A stretch of DNA of 64,000 nt from Eledone cirrhosa (Eukaryota): positions 1 through 64,000 of the forward strand of contig CAXHJY010001155.1 in NCBI GenBank assembly GCA_964016885.1. The letters run 5' to 3'. The notes under the pieces were generated by a model. That model was not told the DNA's origin. It saw nothing but the letters and a program-made list of their open reading frames with translations, and made no database searches. The position numbers and the translations under genes were made by a program. Positions 39,351-53,284 of this stretch are shown piece after piece (position 1 is the first letter of the stretch; each line of letters opens with the position of its first letter).

Positions 39351-39459
39351 GATTATATATATATAAAGCAGTATAGAACCAGTATTTTCATATATATATA
39401 TATATGTGTGTGTGTGCACATACATATACGTTTTTCATTCTGTAGCTTTTTTTAATTCA

Positions 39460-40097
39460 CTAGCAGTGGTACCCAGCGTTGCACGGGATAAGGTATTTTG
39501 GAATGTGGGCCGCCAACAGACCTAATCGTGGAAAAACTGTATGCCTGGACAATATGTAAAGAAAATAAACCGAATACTCTGATGGCTGGATAATCTCTAA
39601 GATTTTCCTCGATGAAGCAGGAAAAATGCAGGTTTTCACCTAATGCGGGCTCTGGGGGATCAAGAAAATGAATTTTTTTTATGTGCATAATATGCCTTGA
39701 AATTTCAATAAAATCAGCTAGACGTTACGTCTCCAAAAAGCCCTAAGAAGCTGAAAAAATGAAGTTTTCCCCTAATGCGGGCCCCAGGCCATAAGAAAGT
39801 TGGATTTTCTTTGCTTACGGTATGAAGAAGAGACTGACTAATACGTAGTTACAATTTCAAGGAAATCAGTCTGACATAACGCCTCAAAAAACCCCTAAAA
39901 ATCTTAAATAACGCAGTTTTTCACCTAATGCGGGCCCTAGGAGATAAAAAAAAGTTGAATTTTATGTGCATAACACTCCATGAAACATAAGTAATACACA
40001 TGTAAAGTTTGAAAAAAATCGGTTGGGTACTTCTCGAGTTTTAGGGATTCAAACTCACAGACACACACACAGACATCCTCAGTTTTATATATATAGA
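39460..40097 (-). mobile_element. Non-autonomous Helitron A
   Basis: Minus strand 5'-TCtatatatataaaactgagg, (TG)n-like stretch, then hairpin cccgtgcaacgctggg and CTAG-3'. Three internal ttttc(a/c)cctaatgcgggc sub-repeats. Confidence 0.85.
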
Positions 40098-41000
40098 CTA
40101 GCAGAAAACCACCCGGTGGGCGATTTTCTGCTAGCAAATCTAGTGTATATACTGATATTGTTGAGATTTGGATGAGAAATGTTTTCGGCACCACATGTTC
40201 ACCGTCTCTCGGTGTGTCTTTTATGCATGTATAAATATATATGTTATCTATACGGTGAAATCTTTGAAATAAATATATGTTAAAACGAAAAAGGAGAAAA
40301 TAAATAACTGGCGGTTAGAAAAAAATATTCCTATGAAATTTTAATCATACCATTAGGTGTGAATAAGGAAATATTTTTTTTATTGTCAAAACAAATGTTC
40401 AAAAGTTAAACCTCAATTTTTTTTAATTATTTCCAATTTTTTCATGAAATTGAACACTGGACATTGGCTGCTGGAAATGGAAATTAAATCGTATTTAATT
40501 GTATTTAAATTTCTAACCTTATTTTATTATTTATATTTTTTCAATAAGAAATAAAAAAAAAACAACAAAACAAATTGAAGAAAAAAATTGAACAAATCAA
40601 ACGTAGGTTATGGAACTGCGCAATCTGATTAATAAATTACCTCATCAGCAGTAACCTTCTTCAAATGGTCCTTATTATCAGCAGCAACAACCACAAATTC
40701 AATGGCAACCTTCTTCGCATGGTGTTAAGTCAGAACCGCCTCGAACTGGTTACTTCTGGCTTGTGCAAGGTGTCTCTATAGCAACCAGCGATTCCCTCGG
40801 CCTCAGTGACCAAAGTCAGTGGAGAGGGGAAGGTAATATTTCTGTAGCACGTGTTTTAGCGTCTATTTACTCTCTCTCTCTCTCCCTCTCGCTATCCCCC
40901 TCTCGTAGTCTGTCTCTTTCTTTCACTCTCACTCTCTCTCTACGCACGTGTTTCCACTGTCGGACAGACAGACAGAGAAATTGCTGGTTATATATATAAG
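40098..41000 (-). mobile_element. Non-autonomous Helitron B fused to the 5' end of A
   Basis: 3' end is the palindrome ctagcagaaaa..ttttctgctag (40098-40134). The 5' end has tatatatataaccagcaatttctctgtctgtctg. Confidence 0.7.
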
Positions 41001-42303
41001 TAGGTGATAGAATCAAATGCTGTTATCATTATTGTAAATCATCATTTAAAAACAAACAGATTCAACTCAACTTTGGAATTCAATCAAAATTGGACTAATT
41101 GATCTCTTATAATTAGTAATATGTCGATCGGTTTCTTAGTTCAAATCAAGATGGGATTATTTTTTTAACAAAATGTTTTTAAATATCTTTGAACATTTTT
41201 AATACTAAACCACTTCTGATTTTAGGATAAAAACTTTATTTGAATGTGTTTATATTTATCAAAAACCTATCATAATATTACATTCCAAAAATCAGCTTAA
41301 TAATGAAAAATATAGTTATGATCCTAAATGCATCCAAATTATTGATTATTTTCGCAATTACTTGAAAATCATAGGCATATGATTACATCCCAAAAAGGCC
41401 AGCTTAGCTCTACCCAGCTCATGTATGTGTGGGGCAGATTGCACCCACCCTAGAATCAGTTTGTACATCATGAAAACCTATACAGCATATTAATAATATT
41501 GTTTATTTTCTAGTCTGGCACTGATCCTATCAATCTTTTTTGTCAAACCACTAGGTTACAAAGCACAGCCACAAATGTAAACCCTCACAAAGCACTGGTT
41601 AACCTAAGGATATAGTAGAAGACACTTACGATGTCATAAAGCAGAATTAAACCCAGAACAACATGGTTGAGAAATCAACTCTTTAATATCTGTGTTTGTA
41701 TATATGCATATATGTTTGTGTGTCCAATATATGTATATGATCATAATTATAATTTATATATGTGTGTGTATGTGAGTGAGTGTATATGAGTGTGTGTGTA
41801 AATGAGCATATGTGAGATTGTATAAGTGTGGCTATATACACACTTTATGATGAGATTGATTGCAGAAACTTATTTTTTTTTCTTGTTTGACATGCCTCCA
41901 CTTGTCTGTCACTATTGTAGTGTAGTGAAATTATCTTCATCATCCCCCTCTTCACCACCAACAACACCATCACTAACAATAACAACAATAACAACAACAA
42001 TAGTGGAAGCTCTGAAGGTTGCAGACTAAAGGCACATTGTTATAAAGTGTGATGAATGTATTATTAGATATAGGTGTAGATATATATTTTTTACCAATTA
42101 TAATATTGCTGTCTGCATGCTGTGTCTATTGTGTAGAAATGTTGTTGTTGTTGTTTGTGATTGATGTGGTGTGTACAGTTGGTTCTTTGTTGACAAACAC
42201 AAAAGGACTGCCATACAGATGAGGTAAATATATTTGAAATTAAAAAATAAATATTTTCAAACCATTACACACACACATATATATGCATATATATGCATAT
42301 ATA

Positions 42304-42355
<52 letters not shown>

Positions 42356-42399
42356 TATATATATATATGCATATATATATATATGCATATATATATATA

Positions 42400-42449
<50 letters not shown>

Positions 42450-42517
42450 TATATATATATATGCATATATATATATATGCATATATATATATGCATATAT
42501 ATATATATGCATATATA

Positions 42518-42866
42518 TCATCATCATTCATCATTTCATTTTACGTCCGCTTTTTCCTTGCTTGCAAGGGTGGGACGGGAACTGATTCTGGCTTGATTTC
42601 TACAGCTGGATGCCCTTCCTAACACAAACCCCATTTACAGTGAGTGCTGGGTGCTTTTTTGTCGTGGCACCTCCACGACCACTTTGCAGTGGAATGATAG
42701 GGACCCCAGTCCCTATCATCTCATTTCTACAGCTGAGTAAACACTGGAGCAATGTGAAATAAAGTGTCTTGCTCAAGGAAACAACACATCACCCGGTCTG
42801 AGAATTGAACTCACAACCTTTCGATTGCAAGGCCAATGCTCTAACCACTAAGCCATGTGCCTCCAT
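42518..42866 (-). mobile_element. SINE family 2
   Basis: Reverse complement of 39010-39350, in (TA)n/(TATGCA)n context. Confidence 0.9.
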
Positions 42867-42873
42867 ATATATA

Positions 42874-42989
<116 letters not shown>

Positions 42990-43202
42990 TGTGTGTACAC
43001 ACACATACATACATTGTACAATCAATCTAGCTGTCTAGATGCTACAAAGAACATCTCAAAAAAATATATTTTGAAATGGTTATTGAGTTAACTATCAAAC
43101 AATCTATTTTCTCTTCTTTTTTTAAGTTAGTATATATATTTTTTTTATTTTTTTATTTTAAATGTTTTCTCTGGCTCTCATAGAAATGTTGGTGTTTATT
43201 AT

Positions 43203-43385
43203 TTGGCAGTATCGGAAGAGGGTTGCACGCCATGCTTTCTAGCATAGTTATGTCCCTTTACAGTCTGAGTTCAAATCCCGCCGAGGTTAACTTTGCCTTT
43301 CATCCTTACAGGGTCGATAAAATAAAGTACCAGTAATGTACTGGTTAATTTCTGGCCTTGTGCCAAATGTAGAAACAATTATTAT
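43203..43385 (+). mobile_element. SINE family 1
   Basis: ttggcagtatcgg..gagttcaaatcccgccgagg..gtagaaacaattattatt. Confidence 0.85.
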
Positions 43386-45059
43386 TAGTATTAGTATTTT
43401 AATTATTATTATTATTGTTCTTGTTAAATTGGGACATTTCCATTGTTGACGTGTATGTTTGTCCAAAACTTGATAACTTTTTCTAATGGTGGTCATTAAA
43501 ATATAGCATTTGTAGATGCATTGTTTTAGAATTCATTCCGGTCAGTGCATCCATTGCTAGTGACCTTGTATTCATTTAGTCATTCAATGAAGCTGAGGTT
43601 ATTGCTAAATGCCAGGCTCAATTGCACCAATTAATTTCAACTTAACATCTTGTAATGGTTAAGTAAAAAGTATCTAAAAACAGGTTTGTTAATTTAAATG
43701 TTTATAATAATATCACTAATGAACTGATCATTGTAAAAATTTGCAGTATTTGAGTATAATCTTTAATTCTCCACATGATGGAGCCATAGTGCAGTTTTGT
43801 TCATTTCAACAATGTCTTGCTAATGTGGTTTTATGTGGTACAGGATGTTAAGAGATAACACTTCTCCTGATGCTTTTAGTTTGGTTTGTAACTCCTAATA
43901 TTTATATACATTTATTGGCATTAGGAAAGCTATAGAAACCATGCCAAATATGGAGGTCTCTCCTACAATCATAGACTACGATAACCTATCCAACTCGTGC
44001 CAGCATGGAAAGTGGATATAAACATGGTGTTATCAAAATCATCATCATCATCACCGTTTAAAGTCCAATTGTCCAATTAGCATGGGTTAGATAAGTCGTC
44101 CCATTGTAAGACAAACCAGATCAGATTACCATGTCTTTTTCATACACAACTGTTTCTGGCTTAGTTTCTATGGTTGGATGTCCCTACTAACGCCAACCAC
44201 ATTTACAGTGTGGACTGGAAGCATTTTGTCATGGCATCAACATTACAGTGGGAATTGGGTGTTTTATTGTCATGTTACAAACATGACCATTTTACAGTGA
44301 GGACTGGGTGCTTTATTGTCATGACACAAACATGAGCACTTTACAGTGGGGACTGGGTACTATTCTCATATCACCAACACAACAATTTTACACTTGTTTG
44401 TTGTGAAGAAGGAGCAAAATCCAACATTGCTCAAACATGGCTGTGTGGTTAAGAAGTGTGCTTCACAACCACATGGTTTCAGGTTCACTCCCACTGAATG
44501 ACTACTTGGGCATGTGTCTTCTACACAGCTTAGACAATGTCTTGTGAAAGTAATTTATAGACAGAAACTACAGAGGCCTGCCATGTGTGCGTATCCACGT
44601 CTGTGTTTATATTTGTGTCTGTGTTTATACTTATATCGGTGATAAGGTCGTGTAACTTAGCAGTTCAACACAAAGAGATAGGTAAGATAAATACCAGACT
44701 TGAAAAAATAAGTACACAGTTTAATACTCAGACGTTTAATTGAAATATATCTTGCTATCCACTTCAGTCAAAGGCACTGGTCTAAACTTACAAGCAGTGA
44801 GATACAAACAAGGATGTCATGACTGTAAAGCAAACCTTTTAAACCCATGGCCATGTCTCTGCCCACCCAATACATTATATACTATCAGCACAAAGTGTAA
44901 CATAGTCTATTATTTCTTCTTTACATAATTTTAGAGACTTGGTTCTGGCACAGTATCACAACTTTCATTGAATTATATCAGACTATCAAGCTGTGGGTTT
45001 GAACCCAGAATTTTGTTGTTGCAAATACAACATGGCTGTGTCTACATGCTATCATATAA

Positions 45060-45460
45060 TCACAGAATGCATAGGATATGCAGAGGTCGGAGTGAAATGA
45101 AACAAGTATACTCCACTAAATTTGTAATGTTAATGTGTATGAATGACAAAGTACAGATGAACTGAGAGAAAAATTTGGTATAAGTAGAATCAAAGGCAGT
45201 GTACAAAGAGAAGACTGCAGTGATATATACATGTGAAGCATAAGGATAATGATCATTTGGTGAAGAAGTGCTAGGAAGCTGTAGCAGAGAATGACTGAGG
45301 AAAACCTGGGCAGAAGTGGTGAGGGGTGATCTCAAAATGCTGAACCTCACGAGGGAGATGACATAGGAATGCAATGAGTGAAGAGAGTCAGTGCTGGAAA
45401 AGACCCATCCAACCCATGCAAGGATGGAAAAACAGATGTAAAATGATGATGATGATGATG
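45060..45460 (+). mobile_element. RTE 3' fragment with (GAT)n tail and 51-bp flanking duplication
   Basis: ELREKFG..VQREDC..RKTWAEVVRGDLKMLNLT; flanks 44908-44958 and 45469-45519. Confidence 0.75.
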
Positions 45461-46381
45461 TAATATTTTATTATTTCTCCTTTATATAATTCTATAGACT
45501 TGGTTCTGGCACAGAATCAGCTTTTTAAATGTGTATTTCAAATTCATAGAACTTTCTTCATTGGTGATAAAATCATTTCAAAGTTAGAGCCGCTGTTTGC
45601 CAAATATAAGAATGACGAGAGAAAACTAGAAGTGTTATCAGTTAATGTGTTTACCATTTTCGGCTCGGCTATAGCAATGTTAAGTTCCTTTTGACGACAA
45701 ACATGGTCTCTTATTTCTTTCATTGTTTGAACAATGTTTCAGATAATTGATTCTTCAGCATTCGATTGGTTTTTCTGCATTTGAAGTTAAGAGATATAAT
45801 CTATTTACTGTTGATAATTCTGGATATTAAACTTCATGGAACATATGTCTGTTGTGTGATAGTTCCTTAGATGGCGGCCAACTCAATAATAGATTAGACT
45901 TTATAGTGGAGCCATAGCATGACATTGGTAATGACAAAAATGATTGATAACAATGCACAAACAATATCTGATCAATATAGAGGGAATCATCTTTCTACAA
46001 ATAACAGTGAATCAGAAGGGTGTCCTTATGAAGTAAGCATTTCATGGGGGAGGGGGATTTTTTTTATAATTATATTTTTTATTGTATATATTTCATTTTT
46101 ATAGGTGCAGGCATGGTCGGATAGTTAAGGAATTTGCTTTGCAACCACATGATTCTGGGTTCAGTCCTGATGTATGGCACTTTGGTCAAATATCTTCTAC
46201 TATATATGATGATGTACACATAAATATTGACACATATACATATATTTAAATACATACATATAGATTTGTACGCAGATATTAACGTGCAGTAATGGCTGGA
46301 GAGTCCTGACACATACGTATGCATATGTTTAACAGCTACAGAAGATAATGTTATAATCAACAACCAGAATAATGCAATCCA

Positions 46382-46424
<43 letters not shown>

Positions 46425-47378
46425 AGAAACCTAAAAAATCCTGTAACAAAGAACCCAGTAATCAATGGAATTACAATTACAATTATTGTCGGGGGAAGCA
46501 AAAGACACTAACCAAGATAATTAATTTGGCTCATTTCCAATACCGAGTCAGTAAACATATTGTAAATATAGTGCTGCAGTGGAAGGCAGTAATCTCCAGA
46601 GATTTACATCTTTTATATATACAGAGAGAGAGAGAGAGAGAGATTTAGTTGAGGATCATAAGGTGCTTATACATTACGCAGTAATGTCGCAAAGATAAGC
46701 CAGTTCAAGTGATCCAAAAGCACTTGATGTTAATAGTTTATCCCAGCTAAAAGAGTATTTATTTATTAATTAAAAGTTGTTAAGACGGGGTTGCTTCACC
46801 ATAATTGCTTGATTGTATGATATATATTTATGTGACATGGTTATGCATGTGACTTCATCAGATGCTCATACAATCATCAGATGCAGTTAAGCAATCATGG
46901 GGATAAGTAGCAACACAACAGGATGGTAATACATGACCAGTTGAAATGTTTCAGGGATGTTGTCATAGGCAACCTGAAGATGCTTAGTATTAGTGTCGAC
47001 CCACCCTTCTCCCTCTCGTTCCACCACAGCTCACTAACAGCTATCCTCAACACCACTACAACCCCCACTACACAATCCCTATGCCCCTTCCCCACACATG
47101 TTCCTAGATGCTACCCCCTTGTGAAGTGGTTGGTGATGGGAAGGGTATCCAGCCATGGAGGGCTTGCCAAATAAAGGGTTAGGAGGACCCTTCAGTTATG
47201 TCAAGGCATGAGAACCTCCCTAGTATTGGTGATCTACATGATAAACGCACTCTCTCTCTCTCTAAGATGGCCGACTGAATACGCAAATGTGTTTTTCCTC
47301 CCCAATTTTTTTCTCATTTTTCATGTTCCTTCCTCTCATCACTCTTTACTTTCTATCTATCTTCTATTTCTAACTCCA

Positions 47379-47414
47379 TCTTCTGATGAGGGACTAGTGT
47401 CAGAAACGTTAAGA
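47379..47414 (+). ncRNA. Minimal type I hammerhead ribozyme motif (Penelope-type), probably degenerate
   Basis: tctt-CTGATGA-gggactagtgtca-GAAA-cgtt-aaga. Stem I is tctt/aaga, stem III is the palindrome ACGT, stem II is imperfect. Confidence 0.55.
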
Positions 47415-47590
47415 CTTTCTTCCTGCTATTTCAAGCGTTAAACTAATATAAATTCTTCCATGTACTGTGCCGTTTGTTTTGTTATTTTTGTTATTCCTTT
47501 TACATACATACAAATAAAGAAAACCAACTATTAAATGATAATCTATTTATATTGTTCTTATGAATACATAGTTTCTCTATCTTGATCAAT

Positions 47591-47649
<59 letters not shown>

Positions 47650-48189
47650 TGCATATATATGCATACATACTTATATATATATACATATACATGCATACAT
47701 ATATATATATATACATATACATGCATACATATATATGCATATATATATATATATATATATACACACACTGTATGTTAATATTCTTGTTTCTCCCTCGTTC
47801 TCTTGCTAATATGTGTGTGTGTATTTGTTACTAGTCATGTAAAGATCCCCCACTAACTGCACTCCATTTGTTATATTAGTTAAAGTACAATCAAGTTGGT
47901 GTTTACAGAGATGACTGAAATGACCTTTACTGTAAAAACATGACAAGATCCCATTGGTCAAGTGTGTAAGTGATATGGCCTCTATTGACCTCACACACAC
48001 ACATGGACTGGCATAGACACATATACTCCCACACTTACACACATACACACACATACACAGACTGACACATATACTCCGACATTTACACACATACGCACAC
48101 AAACACACATAGACAGACATTCACATAATCACATGTTCACACACACACACACTTGTACATGTGCAAACATGCATACACACTCTGAAAGT

Positions 48190-48228
<39 letters not shown>

Positions 48229-48599
48229 CACACATAATTTCATTGGTCAGAAGTGTATGTACAAGTGATATCCCTTCTATAAACTCCTCTCACCTCACCC
48301 TACAGAATTTGACCCAGCCTCATAATTTATTATTTGATTAGTATATATTATTGCCATTCAATATTTCATTAAGGTGTCAAACATACTCACTGGGGATCTC
48401 TCTGTAGGTTTCAATAAATGTTTTAACTCTTGGCCTGTCACCAATATTGGTTTGGCAGAATCATTAGAGCAACAGATAAATAGCTCAGTGTTATTACATA
48501 TAGCTATAGTCATCTTAACATTCTGAGTTCAATTACTGTGGATCTGAAACTTGGCATTTCATCTATCCTTATATACCTATATAAACTGGTATTCTGTTG

Positions 48600-48810
48600 G
48601 GTTTAAATGGTTTCTGATTTAGGGACAAGGGAGGGGGAACGTCATTTAAATCGACCCCAGTGCATTACTGGTGCTTTATTTTATCAACCTCATAAGGATG
48701 AAAGGCAAAGTTAACCTCAACTTGATTTTAACTCAGAACATAAAGAGCCGTAACTTTATGCCATAAAGCATGTTGTTCAATGCTCTATGGATACTACCAA
48801 TCCACCACCC
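48600..48810 (-). mobile_element. SINE family 1, decayed
   Basis: cccagtgcattactggtgctttattttatc..ggcaaagttaacctc..actaccaatccaccacc. Confidence 0.75.
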
Positions 48811-50397
48811 TTCTGTCGGTCATTAGTGATGAGGGTTCCAGTTGATATGATCAATGGAACAGCCTTAACTTCGTTCTCAGGAAGATTCAGCATGACACAG
48901 AATGTGACAAGGTTGGCCCTTCAAATTACAGATACAACACATCTTTTGTCAACTGAGCTGACAGCAGCAACGTGAAATAAAGTGTCTTGCTCAAGGACAC
49001 AATGCAACACTAGGAATCAAACTCATGACCTTATGACCATGAGTCAAATACTGTAACCATTAATCCATGCACGTTCACATACATATATACACCCACATAC
49101 ATACACACACATATCATCATCATAACTGTCGCTTGCTTGCTGAGGCCTGATAGGATAGGTGACTAGGTCCTGCTAGTATATTTGTGGGGGCTTGGTTTCT
49201 AAAGCTGGATGCCCTTTTTAATACCAACCACTTTACAGTGTGTACCAGAAGCATGGTTTCTATGGTTGAATGCCCTGACCACTTTACATCATCATCTCCA
49301 TCATTCTGTAATATCTGTGTTCCCTGTTAGCAAATGTTGGACATGTCATCACAGACTGGTCAACATTCAAAGAGAGCCTCTGACTATCAAGCAAGCCTGC
49401 TATGCTTCTATGGTTTCTGTCAAATTTTACATACAAAGCAATGGTCAACCCGAACCCATAACCCGATGGTTGTCAAGTGCACTTTATAACCACACAGCCA
49501 CACCTACCTCTGTTTTATTCACTCAGAATTAGCCTAATACATCTATTACATATCATTGCTGGATTTTGTTTCTTTATTTTTGCAGTTATCTCAACCATAA
49601 ATATTCTTTTGGTTATGAATGGAATAGGATTGTAAATTATTGCAAAATTACATACGATGCTATAGAAACAACATACATATCTTCAAAATATATGCAACAT
49701 ACATTCCAGGACACCCACCACCACCACCATCATCATCATCATTATCATCATAATCACTATTACCACCAACACCACCACCAAAAAATGGTTAACATAAACA
49801 GAATTTGCATAAAACTACATCATTGTATTTAATATGAAATGGGTTCAACAAGCAGAAAATTCAAAGCTCTAGACATATTTTAATGTTCTTTACAAAGAAT
49901 TATTAGAGAGTTACCTCCACATCTGAACACTCAGACAGCCATACACACACATGCCACCCCAACCCCATACACACATAGGCCTCCACCTCACCCTCAAGAC
50001 TGACACATTACAATATGTCCTGCAGACCCATATATTAACATAATATTGATTCTCTTTTTCTAAACATAAGGTCAGTATTTGTAAAGGATTAAATCAACAG
50101 AAGTTCTGATGTTTTGAAGAAGTACAGCTTTATTTGTACTACTTTTTCTGTGGAACCTTTAAGAGGTAACAATAGATAGTTTGACCACAGAAGGAAACAG
50201 TACTAGTCTTGTAGAAGTTACTGCTAAATGAATTAAAATTACCACATAGACTTGTATATAAGCTGAGAAATATGTGACAAAAAAAAAAATCAATGGTAAA
50301 ACTGGGGTTGGGATGCTTATATTTAAGGTCAATATTTTGCTGATTTTCACCAACTGCAAATTCTACTTAATTGAGATGTTTAAGGAGATGTTTGGAT

Positions 50398-50666
50398 GTG
50401 AATATTACAGCAGTTTTTTTTACTTTGGAGGTGAATATTACACCAGTTTTACTATGTAGGTGAATATTACAGCAGTTTTACTTTGAGGTGAATATTACAC
50501 CAGTTTTACTATGAAGGTGAAGATTACACCAGTTTTTCTTTGTAGTTGAATATTACACCAGTTTTACTTTGTAGTTGAATATTACACCAGTTTCACTTTG
50601 TAGTAGAATAACACCGGGTTTTATTTTGGTAGTGAATATTACACCAGTTTCACTTTAAAGGTGAAA
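50398..50666. repeat. About 29-bp minisatellite, ~9 units
   Basis: Unit gtgaatattacaccagttt(t)actttgtag. Confidence 0.9.
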
Positions 50667-51389
50667 TTTGTTTTGAATGAATATGGCCTTCAAAACAGTT
50701 GGAAATTGGTAAAAAATCATTATGTAATGTAGTTGTGAAACAAAAATTATACTCCAGATGACAATTAAGACATTTTAAATACCAACGCCTGTCTGAGGAC
50801 TTCACCCTAACAACACTCACAGGATTGAGTGAAGAATAAAAAAAACATATATATATGAATATAAAAAGTTAGAGTATCTAAAGGTGTGCAAATAACGCAA
50901 TCTTGAGAGAAGAGTTATAATGAACTGCAAGATAGCCAGATGTTTACACATTCATACCACATGTTTCAAAACATGAGCATTGCTGCTCAGCTTCTCTTCA
51001 GGTATATCATATATATATATAAATCCAGAACGTGAAATTACTAAACATTCGTTGTACTGCCTCTCTGTTTTGTTCCTGTTCAAATTTTTCCATTATATAT
51101 ATATATATATATATATATTTGCACATACATGTAAGAAACTTCATATATTTGAGTGCAGCAAAACAAAAACAAAATTTACACACGTATCACTCTTGTTACA
51201 TACACAATTTTTATCAAAACATTTTATATAAATATTAATACATACATATATATACAATATTTATTCATATATGTAGTTTATTTAAAATGTTGAAATCAAC
51301 ATTTTAAATTGGTTTCAGTGATCATACAATTCATACACACACACACACATGCATGCATACATACTTACATACGTACATATATGCATATA

Positions 51390-52580
51390 CTAGCAGTGGT
51401 ACCCGGCGTTGCACGGGATAAGGTATTTTGGAGCGCGGGCCGCCAACAGACCTAATCGTGGAAAAACTGCATGCCTGGACAATATGTAAAGAAAATAACC
51501 GAATACTCTGATGGCTGGATAATCTTTAAGATTTTCCTCGATGAAGCAGGAAAAATGCAGGTTTTCACCTAATGCAGGCCCTAGGGGATCAAGAAAATGA
51601 ATTTTTTTTATGTGCATAATATGCCTTGAAATTTCGGGAAAATCGGCTAGACGTAACGCCTCAAATAAGCCCTAAAAAGCTGAAAAAATGAAGTTCTTCA
51701 CTTAATGCGGGCCCCAGGCAATAAAAAAGTTGGAATTTCTTTGCTTACGGTATGAAGAAGAGACTGACTAATACATAGTTACAATTTCAAGGAAATCGGT
51801 CTGACGTAACGCCTCAAAAAACCCCTGAAAATCTTTTAAAACGCAGTTTTTCACCTAATGCGGGCCCTAGGAGACAAAAAAAGTTGAATTTTATGTGCAT
51901 AACACTCCATGAAACATAAGTAATACACATGTAAAGTTTGAAATAAATCGGTTGGGTACTTCTTGAGTTTTAGGGATTCAAACTCACAGACTCACACACA
52001 CACACACAGACGTCCTCAGTTTTATATATATAGACTAGCAGAAAACCAGCCGGTGGGCGGTTTTCTGCTAGTAAATCTAGTGTATATACTGATATTGTTG
52101 AGATTTGGATGAGAAATGTTTTCGGCACCACATGTTCACCGTCTTTCGGTGTGTCTTTTATGCATGTATAAATATATATGTTATCTATACGGTGAAATCT
52201 TTGAAATAAATATATGTTAAAACGAAAAAAGGAGAAAAAGAGATTAGTGACGGAAATATAAACGTTATGATATATAAATGTTATGATATAACGATGGAAA
52301 TATATCTTCAAATGGTCCTTGGCATGGTGTAAAGTCAGAACCGCCTCGAACTGGTTACTTCTGGCTTGTGCAAGGTGTCTCTATAGCAACCAGCGATTCC
52401 CTCGGCCTCAGTGACCAAAGTCAGTGAGGAGGGGGAGGTAATGTTTCTATAGCGACAGTGTTTATCTTGGTAGTACCAAAGTGGAGAAAGGAAGGGGAAG
52501 GTAATATTTCTGTAGCACCTACATTTGAGTTTTAGGGAAGGACAGACAGACAGACAGACAAACAGAGAAATGCCCATATA
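51390..52580 (-). mobile_element. Second copy of the Helitron A+B composite
   Basis: 51390-52034 is near-identical to 39460-40097. 52035-52235 matches 40098-40290 and 52306-52425 matches 40660-40820, with different intervening sequence. Confidence 0.85.
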
Positions 52581-52592
52581 TTTCTGTTTGTG

Positions 52593-52635
<43 letters not shown>

Positions 52636-52637
<2 letters not shown>

Positions 52638-53280
52638 CGAACTAAGGAAAAAATTAGAGATAAGAGGGATCAGATGTTGTTTACTCGAGAGAAGGCTACG
52701 TTGGTATGGACACGTGATGCGCATGAAAGTCGATAGCTGTATAACAAAGTGCAGGGCAATAAAGATAGACGGTAGCCACGGAATAGGCAGACCTAGAAAA
52801 ACCTGGGACGAGCTGATAAACTCCGACCTCACACACTTACACCTCTCCAAGACAATGTCACTGGACCGAGACCTTTGGCGGTACTCAGTAACAGAGAAGA
52901 CCCGCCTTGCCAGTAGGCATCTCTAACAAAATACACCCCGTCCCGCCACCACCCCCACCCATCCACACCACCCCATCCTATGTAAAGTTATGTTGGTGCC
53001 GCGCCATCCAGGCCGAAACAAATGAGATCGTGTAGGTGTCACGACAAAAAAACACACAGTCCACGCTGTAATGTGGCCGTGTAGGCAACACGGTAAAAAC
53101 CTCCCAGACCCACACTGTAAATGTGGTTGGTGTTAGGAAGGGCATCCAACTGTAGAAAACCTGCCAGACAGTCCTATGCGAGCAAGACAATCACTCTTGC
53201 CTCAAGTGGGACTACCCCCGTCCAAACCCATGCAAGCGTGGAACACGGACGTTAAACGTTGATGATGATGATGATGATGA
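52636..53280 (+). mobile_element. Young 5'-truncated RTE LINE: ORF end, 3' UTR and (GAT)n
   Basis: Intact frame ELRKKLEIRGIRCCLLERRLRWYGHVMRM..GRPRKTWDELINSDL..DRDLWR to stop 52926; tail ending ggacgttaaacg-(gat)n. Confidence 0.9.
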
Positions 53281-53284
53281 TATA

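Noticed and set aside
45520-45900. Unique-looking stretch with partial minus-strand frames
   Set aside because: In-frame stops, no recognisable motif and no convincing splice sites; possibly an old DNA transposon remnant.
50090-50265. Possible minus-strand exon after a T-rich acceptor
   Set aside because: An open frame exists, but there is no convincing donor or recognisable peptide.
50398-50666. CRISPR-like array
   Set aside because: Units are contiguous with no unique spacers, there are no cas genes, and the context is eukaryotic.
50785-50840. Hammerhead-like CTGAGGA followed by a cttcac/gtgaag stem
   Set aside because: No GAAA core after the stem and no stem I or III.
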